A DNA stretch of 63,989 nucleotides, filler included, from Octopus bimaculoides (lineage: Eukaryota), in assembly GCF_001194135.2 (NCBI RefSeq). It is 5 parts of 5 records of this genome, joined end to end, with 100 filler letters (N's around TTAATTAATTAA, not from the genome) between each part and the next. Parts side by side here need not be neighbours in the genome. Positions count along the whole stretch, not along the records: positions 1 to 24,960 come from NC_069004.1; positions 25,061 to 48,910 come from NC_069008.1; 3 more parts are not named here. One strand, 5' to 3'. The position numbers were made by a program, and so were the translations under genes. Positions 12,268 to 25,111 of the stretch are shown here, piece after piece. The notes under the pieces are model-generated. The model did not search any database and was not told where the DNA came from. It worked only from the letters and a program-made list of their open reading frames with translations. The number at the start of each line of letters is the position of its first letter. Within the stretch, counting starts at the first letter, position 1.

Positions 12268-13530
12268 CTATATATAAATGGAAAAAGAAGGATTATTTCC
12301 ATAGGAGTAGGGAAATAAGAAAAATTGGTTTGGGGGTTGAAAATGTACCAGGGTTTTAAAATGAAGTTAATTCTTTTCTAGAAAAATACATAATTTATTT
12401 AAACACCATGCCGGTCTCAACATTTACATTTTTTTTTGAGTTTCAGTGGTAAATAAAAATAAGCTGAAAACTGAAAATAAAGAAAATATACAGGAAAAAC
12501 ATACTGAATATCAAACGTTCAATAAGTTTTGTTGTAACATTACACGATGAAAATTCAAGTGTTCAATAAGTTTCACAGAAATAAGAAAATATGAATGTTC
12601 AAACGTTCGATAAATTTCCTAGCAATAATACATGATAGAAATTTGAAAGTGCAGTAAGTTTTATGGCAATAAATTGTGTTAACAATTATACATGATGAGG
12701 ATTTTAAAGCAACTGAAAAGAAAAAAATGTTTCTATAAGGCGGAATTGTCCGTCGTTATCTTTACTCGTTCGAATGTGGAACTTGAAGTATTTATCAAGT
12801 TGATATTGCTTTATATATGTTGGTTTTAAGACACAAGTTTAAGTCCTAAGTCCTCAGTCCACAGGCTTAACTCGCTCAAAAACGTCACTTGTTTTTGTGC
12901 GCCTGCGGCCTCCTAGCGATCTGATTGGCTCACTGTCTGGGGATGTCATTTGTGTATCAACGTTCTGTTGCTATGGCTGACATGCGTCAAACGTTCTATT
13001 CGTTGCCTGTCTATGGACGTCATTTGCTTATTAAATGCCCCAATCACGGGTTTTTGTTTGATAGTAGGTTAGCGTTCCAGTTGACTGTCTCCTGTAAGAC
13101 GTCACTTGTTTTCTAACACTCGGTTGGCTGAATGCTCAATAATATCACTTATTTCTTCTTTTTTTCCTCAGTTTTATTTTAACCAAAAATATGATCCAAT
13201 TCGCCAATCTCATTGTAAAGTTAGCATATAGTGTCGAAAAAATGTAATTACTTATTAAACTTTTTTGAGTTTTGTATTCCGGAGGAAGCCTGTTACTTTA
13301 ACTTTTGATTTAATTTTTAATTTTTGTTTCCTCCACTTGTTTATTTGAGTCAAATATATTATGCTTTCTCATTCTATCGAGTATTTATAAAGCAGGGGTG
13401 GCCAAACTTGCTTAACGTAAGCGCCACATTCGATAAAGTTCAGATGTTTGTGATCCGCAAGATATGAACTTAATTTACACATATGTTTATGTTACATACA
13501 TTTTTGTTACGAAAATTCTATATAAATATT

Positions 13531-13744
13531 CTTTTCTACTCTAGGCACAAGGCCCGAAATTTTTTGGGAGGGGGCCGGTCGATTAAATCGCCCCCAGTGT
13601 GTAACTGGTACTTATTTAATCGACCCCGAAAGGATGAAAGGTAAAGTCGGCCGCGGCGGAATTTGAACTCAGAACGTAAAGACAGGCGAAATACCGCTAA
13701 GCATTTCGCCCGGCGGGTTAACGCTTCTGATAGCTCGCCGCCTT
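13531..13744 (-). mobile_element. SINE family A, full-length copy with 16-bp TSD
   Basis: A box, B box GAGTTCAAATTCC and core CCTTTCATCCTTTCGGGGTCGAT. Flanked by attctatataaatatt at 13515-13530 and 13745-13760. Confidence 0.92.
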
Positions 13745-13760
13745 ATTCTATATAAATATT

Positions 13761-13908
13761 TATTTCTCACAAGGGGCTAAACATAGAGGGGACAAACAAA
13801 GACAGACAAAGGGATTAAGTCGATTATATCGACCTCAGTGCGTAACTGGTACTTATTTAATCGACCCCGAAAGGATGAAAGGCAAAGTCGACCTCGGCGG
13901 AATTTGAA

Positions 13909-13911
<3 letters not shown>
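13761..13911 (-). mobile_element. SINE family A, 5'-truncated copy with a different 3' tail
   Basis: Same B box and core. The tail ...aatccctttgtctgtctttgtttgtcccctctatgtttagcccc is shared with the copies at 39079 and 39441. Confidence 0.88.
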
Positions 13912-13946
<35 letters not shown>

Positions 13947-16900
13947 AAATGTTTTCAAAATCTTGACTGATGATTAATTTAACTATATTGAGCATATTTA
14001 ATACGGTAATGAACTACTGGAACTTCTGAGAAAAATGTCCGAATTTGCATTTCAGTAACATAAAATTAGACTGCCAAAAGTAACACTACAAAGTACCAAA
14101 AATAAAAAATAAAAATTTTAATGGTATTTATTTGTCTCAGTAAATGTCTGGTCAAAACATGGAGGAAAATATGTAAAAAAGCAAACCAATAAAATCTGAG
14201 ATATTTTTATCAGATACAACCTTACAAAATTTGTCTTGTAATATTTTTATACCAAACAGACAATGCTACAAATATCGGGCTATCAAAGCCACTATTTACT
14301 GCTAGCAGAGGTCTTGTGGGTCTCCATCTTGGCTTAGGTTGTTGAAAATCTGGCTGATATGTTGTTAAGGCTGTACGAACGAGGGCCGCCATTTGTTGGT
14401 TTGTAAGGATTGCGCGATGCTTCGACTTCACAAACTTCCTTACACATTACAGTGATTCACAGCAGTATGTTGTGCTGAGAATTGAGATGAGTCGCTCACT
14501 AGTTTTCTTGAGTTTAGGACATTTTATTTCAGGAATTTGTTTCCCGAACTCAGTTGTAGACCGGGATTTATGGATCATCTTTAGACCCAGACCCTCTTGT
14601 AATTCCATTAGTTACGTTTCCACAGCAGATGATTCTGTAACCAGAGGTTCGAGAATTGGACATCCATCATTGACTACATCAACCATAAATGGATTTACAA
14701 GAAAGGCGAAACAAGGCTTCAGCTTCTGCAGGACATCAAACTCATGAAATTATCAAACACTCCTTGTAATTTATCTTTGTATTCTTCCAGTTTGTGGTCT
14801 TTTGAATAATTCAATATCAGGGAATGTATTTATTCTCCTATTGATATTGGGAAAGTGACTGAAATTTCTTGACAATATGTCTCTTTGAAAAACTCTATTT
14901 TATTCTGAAAGCTGAAAATTGTTTGAGTAAGATCAGAAACAATCTTATTGGTGCCCCTGGAGTGCCAAGTTGAGAGTTTGTAGATGATTCATTATATCAG
15001 TAAAGAACATCAGATCTTGCATCCATTCATCATTCTCCAGTTGAAAATGGGATCTTTTCTTTTCTTTAAGAAAAGTAATAATAGACTCCAACAGATTAAC
15101 AAACCTACTCAAGACATTGCTCGCTGACAGCCACCTCACAATGCCATAAAAAGAGAGATCACTGGGTTTATCTTCAAGCTCCAGTTCTTCAATAAATTTC
15201 TGAACTGTCAGTGAGTCCTCCCATTTAAGCAAATGAAATTGACAATTTCAAGGACAGATTTCATAACATCTTCCTACATGAAGCATCTGGCTGCCAGGTG
15301 TTCACGACGAATAATGCAATGAACAGGGAGAACCTCTGGAAAGCTGAGATAATTTTTCATAAGTGCAATTAATCCTACATTTTCCCCCACCATTGCCAGT
15401 GTTCCATCTGTTGTAATACTGACGAGTTTATTCAGTGGAACATCAGCATTTGCTAAATTTCTGTCAAGCGAATTCTTAATGTCAATACCACGAGTTGTTT
15501 CTTTTAATGCCACCATGTTACATGTTACATCTTTCATGTTACATCAGAGAAAACATAACGAATAAATACTGCCAGTTGTGGGTTGTCTTGTATGTTTGTT
15601 GGTTCGTCAAGAGCTAAGCCGAATGCAAGAGAATTTTTAAAATCATTTTGCATTTTGCCTGCAACATCAGCACTGATCTGAGAGATGCGCTTTCCTGTAG
15701 GTTGGCATGGAATTGGTGTTTGTGCTATTAGTCGCTGAAGTCTTATGTTATTTGGGTATAACACTGCAACAACTTCAGCTATATTCTTAACAAATTCTTC
15801 ATCAGAATATGGGCGTTTAGTACGAGCAATATTCCATGACATAACAAAACTGGCTTCAGTCGTTGTATCAACTTCCTTACTGAACGTTGTCAGCAGTGTC
15901 CGATGGCTATTTAGTGATGATTTTTAACACAGTTAACTTGTTTTTTCTTAATTCTGATTTAGGTGGATGATCATACGAAAAGTTTTTGTGATTTGTTTCA
16001 TAGTGGCGTTTTAAGTTACTGGTTTTGTTATAAAGTATTTCTTAATAAACAAAATTTTCTTGTTTTATCAGAGTTGGACTGAAGCGTTCCAATACTTTGA
16101 TATAAAAAGTTTGGTGTTTGGGTTTTGTTTATTGGGGAAAATATCCAGATGTTTACTAAAGGGTATTTTTCTTGTACTGGGGTTCGTATCTGCTGACCAT
16201 GAACAGTTATTCGCTGTTTCAGAGTTAATCCCGTTTGTCCTATGTTGTCTTATTACACCCATTGCATTTGTTAACAGAAATTAAATTTCTTGATACACAA
16301 ATAAAATGACTTTTATGGTAACGTTTGCCATGATTTAAATTCGAATGTCGAGTTTTGAATGACATTGATGAAGATCTTGCAGTCAGGGCGGTTAGACTTT
16401 TGAAACTATTGGACTTTTATTTTTGGTGAGTTGTTTGGCGCAAACAAGTAATTTTTTAAAGACTTTCCTTCTCTTTTACTTTTCATTATTTTGTGGGTTT
16501 GAGTATCTTTTTTTTTCCTGGATCGTTCATCAAAAAGGGACATTCTGATACAGATGAATAATTAAAATAACACTATGACACAATATAAATCTTCATTTTA
16601 AAGCAGAACATACATACATACATACATACATACATACATACATACATACATACTTACATAGATACATAGATACGTAGATACATATATACATGTATGTGCG
16701 CGCGCGAGCGCGCGTGTGTATAATCAAGTTGCGAAATAAACCACAGGCTTAACTGTCCAGTGTAAATAAGGATGTATATTAGATTATATAAACGAAAATG
16801 AATAGACGCAAATAAGAAAATTAGATTAAACTATTAGATTAAAGTTAATGTTTTTGGAACATAATACATATTGGAACTGGTTACAGGAATCAGAAGCTAC

Positions 16901-18016
16901 AAATAAATAAAAGCATACATACAATATTTTTAATGGATAATTTATTTTTTACGTGGCAATTTAACGGATGGTATGTTAAAAAATTGTTTTTGAAAATACA
17001 CCATCTAGTTTGGTTATAAGATCTAAGACGGTGTAATTACTGCATATTTAGTTTAAAAAATTCGGAATTTATTCCAGGAATTTTATTTGTTGAATCTATT
17101 ATATATTTGTTTAATTATTTAGAAGACGCTGCTATAAATTGATGGAGTTGAATTTTACTTATGATCAATAATAATGGCATATAGTACGTCTTTTTATGTT
17201 TAGATAATTATTATTTTATATATGTATATATGTATATATNNNNNNNNNNTGTAGTATGTATGTATGTATGTATGTATGTATGTATCTATCTATCTATGCC
17301 CATTCACATAAATACATATATATATACATACATACATACATACGCACATATACATATCATACATACACACACGCACACACCGACACACATTCACACAGAC
17401 ACACATTTACACACATATATGCACATACATACATATGTAGAGACCTACATATATATATANNNNNNNNNNNNNNNNNNNNNNNNNNNNNNNNNNNNNNNNN
17501 NNNNNNNNNNNNNNNNNNNNNNNNNNNNNNNNNNNNNNNNNNNNNNNNNNNNNNNNNNNNNNNNNNNNNNNNNNNNNNNNNNNNNNNNNNNNNNNNNNNN
17601 NNNNNNNNNNNNNNNNNNNNNNNNNNNNNNNNNNNNNNNNNNNNNNNNNNNNNNNNNNNNNNNNNNNNNNNNNNNNNNNNNNNNNNNNNNNNNNNNNNNN
17701 NNNNNNNNNNNNNNNNNNNNNNNNNNNNNNNNNNNNNNNNNNNNNNNNNNNNNNNNNNNNNNNNNNNNNNNNNNNNNNNNNNNNNNNNNNNNNNNNNNNN
17801 NNNNNNNNNNNNNNNNNNNNNNNNNNNNNNNNNNNNNNNNNNNNNNNNNNNNNNNNNNNNNNNNNNNNNNNNNNNNNNNNNNNNNNNNNNNNNNNNNNNN
17901 NNNNNNNNNNNNNNNNNNNNNNNNNNNNNNNNNNNNNNNNNNNNNNNNNNNNNNNNNNNNNNNNNNNNNNNNNNNNNNNNNNNNNNNNNNNNNNNNNNNN
18001 NNNNNNNNNNNNNNNN

Positions 18017-18114
18017 CTGCATGGCACCTTGGGCAAATGTTTTCTGCTATAGCCTCGGGCCGACCAAAGTCTTGTGAGTGGATTTGGTAGACGGAAACTG
18101 AAATAAGCCTGTCG

Positions 18115-18162
<48 letters not shown>

Positions 18163-18372
18163 TGTCTTTGTGTCTGTGTTTGTCCTCTACCGATGCTTGA
18201 CAAACGGAGCTGGTGCGTTTACGTCCTCGTAACTTAACGGTTCGGCAAAAAGAGACCGATAGAATAAGTACCAGGCTTAAACAAACAAGTACTAGGGTCG
18301 ATTCATTTGATTAAAATTTCCTCAAGGCGGTGCCCCAGCATGATCGCAGTCAGATGACTGAAACAAGTAAAC
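18017..18372 (+). mobile_element. SINE family B, bipartite copy (CORE-like part, internal (TG)n, 3' tail)
   Basis: ggcaccttgggcaaatg...ggatttggtagacggaaactga, a microsatellite, then the tail ...cggttcggcaaaa...ccccagcatg...gactgaaacaagtaa. Confidence 0.9.
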
Positions 18373-18589
18373 GACAAGAGAAAGAAAACACCAACATTCA
18401 ATGCCGTGAAGACATAAGCATGAAACAACGAGAATATATCAGAATATGCCCCGAATATTGCAACGTCATATAAAGGCCTCTACTGTAACTAAATGAATTT
18501 GGAAGTGAAATATAAAGTAAATTTACTAGAATTAATGAGAATATTAGTGAAACCTTGAATGGTTGTTGAAAATAGTTATAGTGCAGGCC

Positions 18590-18800
18590 AAGGCGGTAAG
18601 TTGGCAGAATCGTAAGCACGCCGACAAAATGCTTAGCTGCATTTCTTCCGTCTTTGTATCTAGAGTTCAAATTCCTTCCACTTTTCGTTTTATCCTTCCG
18701 GGGTCGATAAAATGAGAACCAGTTGATCCCTAGATCGATCTAATCGACTTAGCCCCTCCCCCCGAACTTGCTAGCCCTGTGTCAAAATCTGAAATGAATA
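18590..18800 (+). mobile_element. SINE family A, diverged
   Basis: aaggcggtaagttggcagaatcg...gagttcaaattcc...atccttccggggtcgataaa. Confidence 0.8.
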
Positions 18801-19589
18801 TTTAAAGCAACTTCGCATGCAGGACCCAAAGTGAGCTCTTGAGACATTTTTTTGCCAAACAACGCGCCATCAAATACGATATGGAATATATTATTATGAT
18901 GGGGTGAAAATATTTAAATGGTGTTAAGGGAAAGGTTTAATTAAACTAATGTGCTATGAATAGTTACAAAATTAATTAATAGACTATGTCTTAGAATTAA
19001 TTGAGTCGTTTATTTCTAATGCCTCTAGCTCTTTACAGGACTTCTGATATAGAATGGAGCGAGGGAGAGTGGAAGCTATTCTCAATCCAGAGAGTTTTTG
19101 AAACATAGTGTACTGCCAAGATGACAGAATGTAGCATTAAACCGAACAATTTGCTACTCATATCATGATAAATGATATTATGATAATGTTTCAAAGTCCT
19201 TTGGCTACTGGAGATAAGGTCAAACAACTATCGTGGTGATCTGGGTTATTGAGCCAGAAATACGTGTCCACTACAGTTCTCTTATTATCAAATAATAAGT
19301 CTAGCTTTTCCTTTAATAGGATGTCAGTTTAGGAAAATACTGGAATCTTGAGATAATCTCCCCTTGTCAAGTGGAGTTGGTCTTAATTGTCATTTGGTGG
19401 TTATGCTATTTCCTCTACAGGCCGAAATAATTGCAATAAATCAGTAATTTATGTTGTATAGTATTTCATATACCTGTATTTGTTTATGTTGCTCAAATAC
19501 ATGCATAATCCACTGGTCACCCCACCCAGTTATTTCTCTCAAGTAATTTTTGTCTAACACACACACACGCAAGCAAACACACATCGACT

Positions 19590-19663
19590 GGCTACGGGGG
19601 TCCATCTGTGAAAACTAGGAATCAAAGGGGTCCATAGGTAAAAAAAATGGCTGAGAAACACTG
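19590..19663. mobile_element. One end of a Charlie-like hAT MITE
   Basis: ggggtccatagg...ggctgagaaacactg (reverse complement CAGTGTTTCTCAGCC) followed by the nnnTAnnn octamer gtctaaat. The other end was not recognised. Confidence 0.45.
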
Positions 19664-20549
19664 GTCTAAATAATTGTTTGATGAACAATATTTGTTTTCG
19701 TCTTGTGTCTAGGGAAAGTCATTATGCTAATATTAACACACGCACTGGTTCAGATTAAACAAACAATCAGTTAGTTAGCTGGATATTTAACCAACTGGCT
19801 AGTAATAAAGGAGTGGAATTGAAACTGTTAATAATATTGACATTATGACTCTCCCTTGACATAACAAAATTTGTTTCAACACAAGAATTAACATAAAGAA
19901 TCCTGCAAACTAGACACTAAAACAAAATATTTGGTTTGTATTTCTTCCTATTCCTTCATCGTACTGATGCTTTGCTTACATATACTCCCAGACTGCCCGA
20001 CCATTTCTTGAACGGTAAAATTCCCGACGGAATCCTAGCGATACCGTCGTGAAATGCAGAATACCTTGGGCATTTAAATTTGGTGGAACCCATCTCTTTC
20101 TGGGGTGGCGATATTCAATTTCTGTGAAGAAGGAGTCATCCTCTTGGACTACTGTTTATTTACTGGCCCCGATAGGATAAGTCGGTCTCGGTGTGATTTG
20201 AACTCAGATAGTAGACAATTGGAAATAATACTACCATTCTATTCAACGCGCCGAAGACTGTCTCATCTCAGCACTTTCAGTTCGATTTTAGTGGGAAACA
20301 AACTGAGATTGTATTTCAGTTTCGATTTCTGGTTGAAAAACGCCACACTTCACTAAAGTGACGCTCTTTAATGTCTGAACGTCACACAATCTTGTCGCTC
20401 CCCCTCCCTATTTCTCTTTTTCTCCTCTTCCTTCCCCTCTTACTGTCTCGACGTCTTCTTCATAACAGAATGAAATCAATATTGCGATTGACGGAGACAG
20501 AGGAGGAGAAGGAGGTGGCGAAGGAGAATGGGAAGAGGGTGTCTTGATG

Positions 20550-20585
<36 letters not shown>

Positions 20586-21107
20586 CGGAACGTCCCGATT
20601 GTGTTACCATTGTTTACGACAAGAATCATCCTGGAATTCCAGAGAATTCTAGAGAATATCTCACATGCTTTGTGTTTTTTTGTTAGAGTTTTAAGGTGTG
20701 TGTGTGTGNNNNNNNNNNNNNNNNNNNNNNNNNNNNNNNNNNNNNNNNNNNNNNNNNNNNNNNNNNNNNNNNNNNNNNNNNNNNNNNNNNNNNNNNNNNN
20801 NNNNNNNNNNNNNNNNNNNNNNNNNNNNNNNNNNNNNNNNNNNNNNNNNNNNNNNNNNNNNNNNNNNNNNNNNNNNNNNNNNNNNNNNNNNNNNNNNNNN
20901 NNNNNNNNNNNNNNNNNNNNNNNNNNNNNNNNNNNNNNNNNNNNNNNNNNNNNNNNNNNNNNNNNNNNNNNNNNNNNNNNNNNNNNNNNNNNNNNNNNNN
21001 NNNNNNNNNNNNNNNNNNNNNNNNNNNNNNNNNNNNNNNNNNNNNNNNNNNNNNNNNNNNNNNNNNNNNNNNNNNNNNNNNNNNNNNNNNNNNNNNNNNN
21101 NNNNNNN

Positions 21108-21147
<40 letters not shown>

Positions 21148-21499
21148 CATACATATATATATATGTACACATGTATATATGTATATATATATGTATACAC
21201 ACATATGCACATGTGCATATATTCATAGAAATTATGTGTTTGAATGCACATACATACATGTACACACATACGAACATACGTAATACACACACACACGCGC
21301 ACACACACATACACACACACACATATTTAGTGGCAATTGTGCACATATGCATTATAACTACACACATAAACACACACACGCACAAATACACACACACACA
21401 TACACATATGGAGAGAGAAACGCGCACACAGAAAGAATAGTGTAAATAGTCTTGATAGGACGTGTGTGTAAAAGTGACACATACAGAAATGTATGTGTT

Positions 21500-21541
<42 letters not shown>

Positions 21542-22070
21542 CGTGCATGTATGTGTGTGCGTGCGAGTGTGTGTGTACGGAGGATAGATAGGTAGATGTG
21601 CGTACGTCTGTGTGTACAGGACGTACAGGGAAAAGTGTGTATGCGCAGAGGATAGATAGGTAGATGTGTGTGTGAGTACGCGTGAGTGCGTGTGTGAGTG
21701 TGAGTGTGTATGCGTATGTGTGTGAGTGTGTGTTTAGAATGGACAGGTAGATGTGCACGTGTGTATGTGTGTTTCTGTAGAGGACAGGCAGATGGATATG
21801 TGTGTGTGGAGAGAGAGAGAGGAGAAAAAAGAGAGGGTGAACAGGTAGGTAAGTATGCGTTCGTGTGTGTATGTGTGTATCGGAAAAGCATGTAGATGTG
21901 TGTATGTGTGTGTGTAGGGGACAGATACGCAAATACACATGATGACAGACCCACATTTAACGAAGCATAACTCCAAGGCTGGAGTCTCACAACTGTATGA
22001 GGATGGAATTGGATGTGCAAGAACCTCTGGAAACACCTCTCTGCTGAGATAAAAAAGAATATATCTTACG

Positions 22071-22278
22071 GGCAGCGAGCTGGCAGAATCGTTGGCACTC
22101 AGGGTAAACATTTCGTCAGTCTTTACGTTCTGAGTTCAAATTCCGCTGAGGTCGAATTTTCCTTTCATTCTTCCGGGGGTCGATAAAATTGGTACCAGTC
22201 GAATACTAGGGTCAATGTAATCAATTTAATCCTTTCACCGAATTAGCTGGCCTTGTACCAAAATTCGAAACCAATATA
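22071..22278 (+). mobile_element. SINE family A
   Basis: ggcagcgagctggcagaatcg...ctgagttcaaattccgctgaggtcg...cctttcattcttccggggg. Confidence 0.85.
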
Positions 22279-23080
22279 TCACTTTTATTAAACCAATGCT
22301 TTGGTTTTAAGTCTTAATGCTTTGCTTCGTATGTGGAATTTTGAAGACTACGTAGCGGGTGCTTTCAGATTGGAATGTAGGCAAAGGGCTTGCAACAGCC
22401 CGACGCAGTCATTGCCTTGTTAGAATTAGCAGTCAAATCTTCATAAAAACCCAATAGTTAGTAAAACACAAACAATATAGCGCCTGGTGTAGATTCTGTT
22501 GTTGTTGGACCTATTAGAAGAGGCAATAATACTCTATTGTAGTTTTCCTGAGACATAATAGTGGATGTAGTATGTTGTTGCCGGTGATCTCATTAATCGT
22601 AATAGTATTACCAGTTGTTTGTGTGAATGTTATCAGTGTTGTTGTAGTAGCTGTAGTTGTAGTTTTTTCTGTTAATTTTTATCAGTATTTATACTTATTA
22701 TTGATGTCGATGTTATTGTTTAGCAGTCGTAGTAGTAGTGGTTCTCGGTGTTGTTATTGTTTATAGTTCTTTATTTTAGTAGTAATCCTTGCTGTTGTTG
22801 TTATTGTAGTAGTAGTAGTTGTTGTTGTAGTATTAACGGTTGATGTAGTGATGCCGGTATCATAATGTAGACACTTTGTTGTACAACATTGACTACGTTC
22901 CAATTGGAAAAGATAACTGCTCAAGATGGCGGCAGTGGAGCAGTATTGGTTGACGAGCAGACGATAACAATGTCTCGTCATCATTGTTGTCGTTATTAAA
23001 GCTGAAATTACCCTCACACTTAGTCGCACATAAATACCCTACGCACTCACACACGCACACACATATAAACACACACACAC

Positions 23081-23117
<37 letters not shown>

Positions 23118-23417
23118 ACACACATGCAGTTATATATGCAGCGTGTATGTGTATATGTATGTATGAATGTACGTATATGGGTGCTACTTCTGTAATAAAG
23201 AATATATATATATATATGTATGCATATATAAATGTTTATATATGTATGTGTATACATCTACCTTACATGTATATACATATAGGTTTATTCATAAACACAT
23301 ACATACATATACATATACATATATATACATATATATATGTATATATATATATATGTATGTGTGTGTATATATATATATATATATATGTATGTATATATAT
23401 GTATATAAATGTATGTG

Positions 23418-23449
<32 letters not shown>

Positions 23450-24059
23450 TACCAACAGATACATACACACATATATACATACAGACATAAATAGATGCAT
23501 ACACACACACGCACACACACATGCACATACACACGCACACACACACATACACACACACATACACACACATATATATAATGTCGACATGTCCAATTTTCTC
23601 TTTCTGTTCAAAATGGAGTTTCATCAAAAAAGCATAGATGCAAGAATAATGACGATGTATATGAACACACACGCATACACGCTCGCACATGCACAAGCAC
23701 AAACACACACAGATATTCTTTATCCATTCACGTTATTAATAAACATGCGAATATATATATATATATATTTATGCAAGCGCATATAATTTAGATATACCTT
23801 ATTGTTAGTAAAGGTAATCCATAATTTAGTAAGAATTTTATGTTTATACTTGCCGAATATATAGAATTTACTCTGTCAATACTGAATAGGTTATGTTTTG
23901 CGTGTGAAAACATACATACATACATACATACATGCATACATACATACACACATATATACNNNNNNNNNNNNNNNNNNNNNNNNNNNNNNNNNNNNNNNNN
24001 NNNNNNNNNNNNNNNNNNNNNNNNNNNNNNNNNNNNNNNNNNNNNNNNNNNNNNNNNNN

Positions 24060-24099
<40 letters not shown>

Positions 24100-24133
24100 C
24101 CGTTATGTTTAACAACATACCGTTATGCTTGAC

Positions 24134-24357
24134 AGCATAACGATATGTTGTTAGGTATTTTCCCTTTAGTTGGTTTATTGCATTCATGTGGTCTATTGTG
24201 CTATAGTTTTTCATGAAGCCTCCATATTCTGATGTGGTGTTCTCATCCAGCTTTCTTTCAATTCTTTTTGATATGATTTATGAGATATTGTAGATATGTG
24301 ATAGCAGATTGATTGGTCTCTAGTTCTTTAGATCTTTGGCATCTCCTTTTTTTATAA
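24134..24357 (-). mobile_element. RTE-type LINE fragment, N-terminal RT region (inverted relative to the adjacent 3' part)
   Basis: Minus strand encodes KKGDAKDLKN*RPINLLSHIY...IISKRIERKLDENTTSEYGGFMKNYSTIDHMNAINQL. Confidence 0.85.
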
Positions 24358-24359
24358 AG

Positions 24360-24730
24360 AAAGATCGGTCCTCTCCACGTATCCGTGGAGAATGCTGAAG
24401 ATTAGCAAAATGGATAAGTGGAGAGACAACAGGATAAGAATGGCAACAAATTTATCGGTTATTATCTGGAAAATAAACTCTCTGAAATGGTCTTCGGCGA
24501 GACATGTATTTAGAAGAAAGGATAATAGATGGAAGCGCAAATTGACAGAGCAGACACCATGTCCAGAAAAAAGAAGGAAGGGAAGACCATGCGGAAATTG
24601 GAATGAAGATTTTATTCAATTCTTCGATACTCAAGCATGGACGAGGAAAACATCAGACCATGGTTGGTGGAGTGGACATGCTGAGACATTCGTCCAACAG
24701 TGGACTGAATATGTGCAAGGATGGTGAGTC
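24360..24730 (+). mobile_element. RTE-clade LINE 3' end
   Basis: RMLKISKMDKWRDNRIR...LKWSSARHVFRRKDNRW...RRKGRP...W...AETFVQQWT, the typical RTE C-terminus. Confidence 0.88.
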
Positions 24731-24894
24731 TGGGCGTTAATATAGTCTCAAAGAATGTGCATACACTTATAAGTATACATGCATGTTTGTATGCCAGTTT
24801 AAGGAAGTGTGTGTACATATCCTGTATCTAGGTGTTTGTGCATGCATGAATGTATGTGTGTGTATCCACACACGCGCACGCGCACACACACACA

Positions 24895-24960
<66 letters not shown>

Positions 24961-25060
24961 NNNNNNNNNNNNNNNNNNNNNNNNNNNNNNNNNNNNNNNN
25001 NNNNTTAATTAATTAANNNNNNNNNNNNNNNNNNNNNNNNNNNNNNNNNNNNNNNNNNNN
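24961..25060. other. Artificial assembly linker (44 N + TTAATTAATTAA + 44 N)
   Basis: The same 100-bp structure occurs four times. The palindromic 12-mer places TAA in all six frames. Confidence 0.95.

Positions 25061-25111
<51 letters not shown>

Larger units (their letters stand above)
13393..16350 (-). mobile_element. Decayed hAT DNA transposon (Buster/Charlie group, GTF2IRD2/SPIN-like transposase), with two nested SINEs
   Basis: Fragmented minus-strand ORF over about 14300-16260: LKRHYETNH, SWNIARTKRPYSDEEFVK, LALDE, SITTDG..AMVG, VHCIIRREHL, WLS, LMFFTDIMNHL..LNL.LQG, STTYCCES, KSKHRAILT. One TIR, CAGGGGTGGCCAAACT, starts at 13393 after an nnnTAnnn octamer (ttataaag). The second TIR was not found. 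Confidence 0.9.

Noticed and set aside
13660-13744. tRNA genes (here and at 28010, 31239, 39590, 61200)
   Set aside because: A and B boxes run directly into SINE bodies that are repeated many times, and no complete cloverleaf is evident.
14300-16260. Domesticated GTF2IRD2/ZBED-like host gene
   Set aside because: Multiple stops and frameshifts with a retained TIR indicate a dead transposon copy.
25005-25016. TTAATTAATTAA as a homeodomain-binding array
   Set aside because: It is always centred in exactly 44+44 N, so it is an assembly linker.
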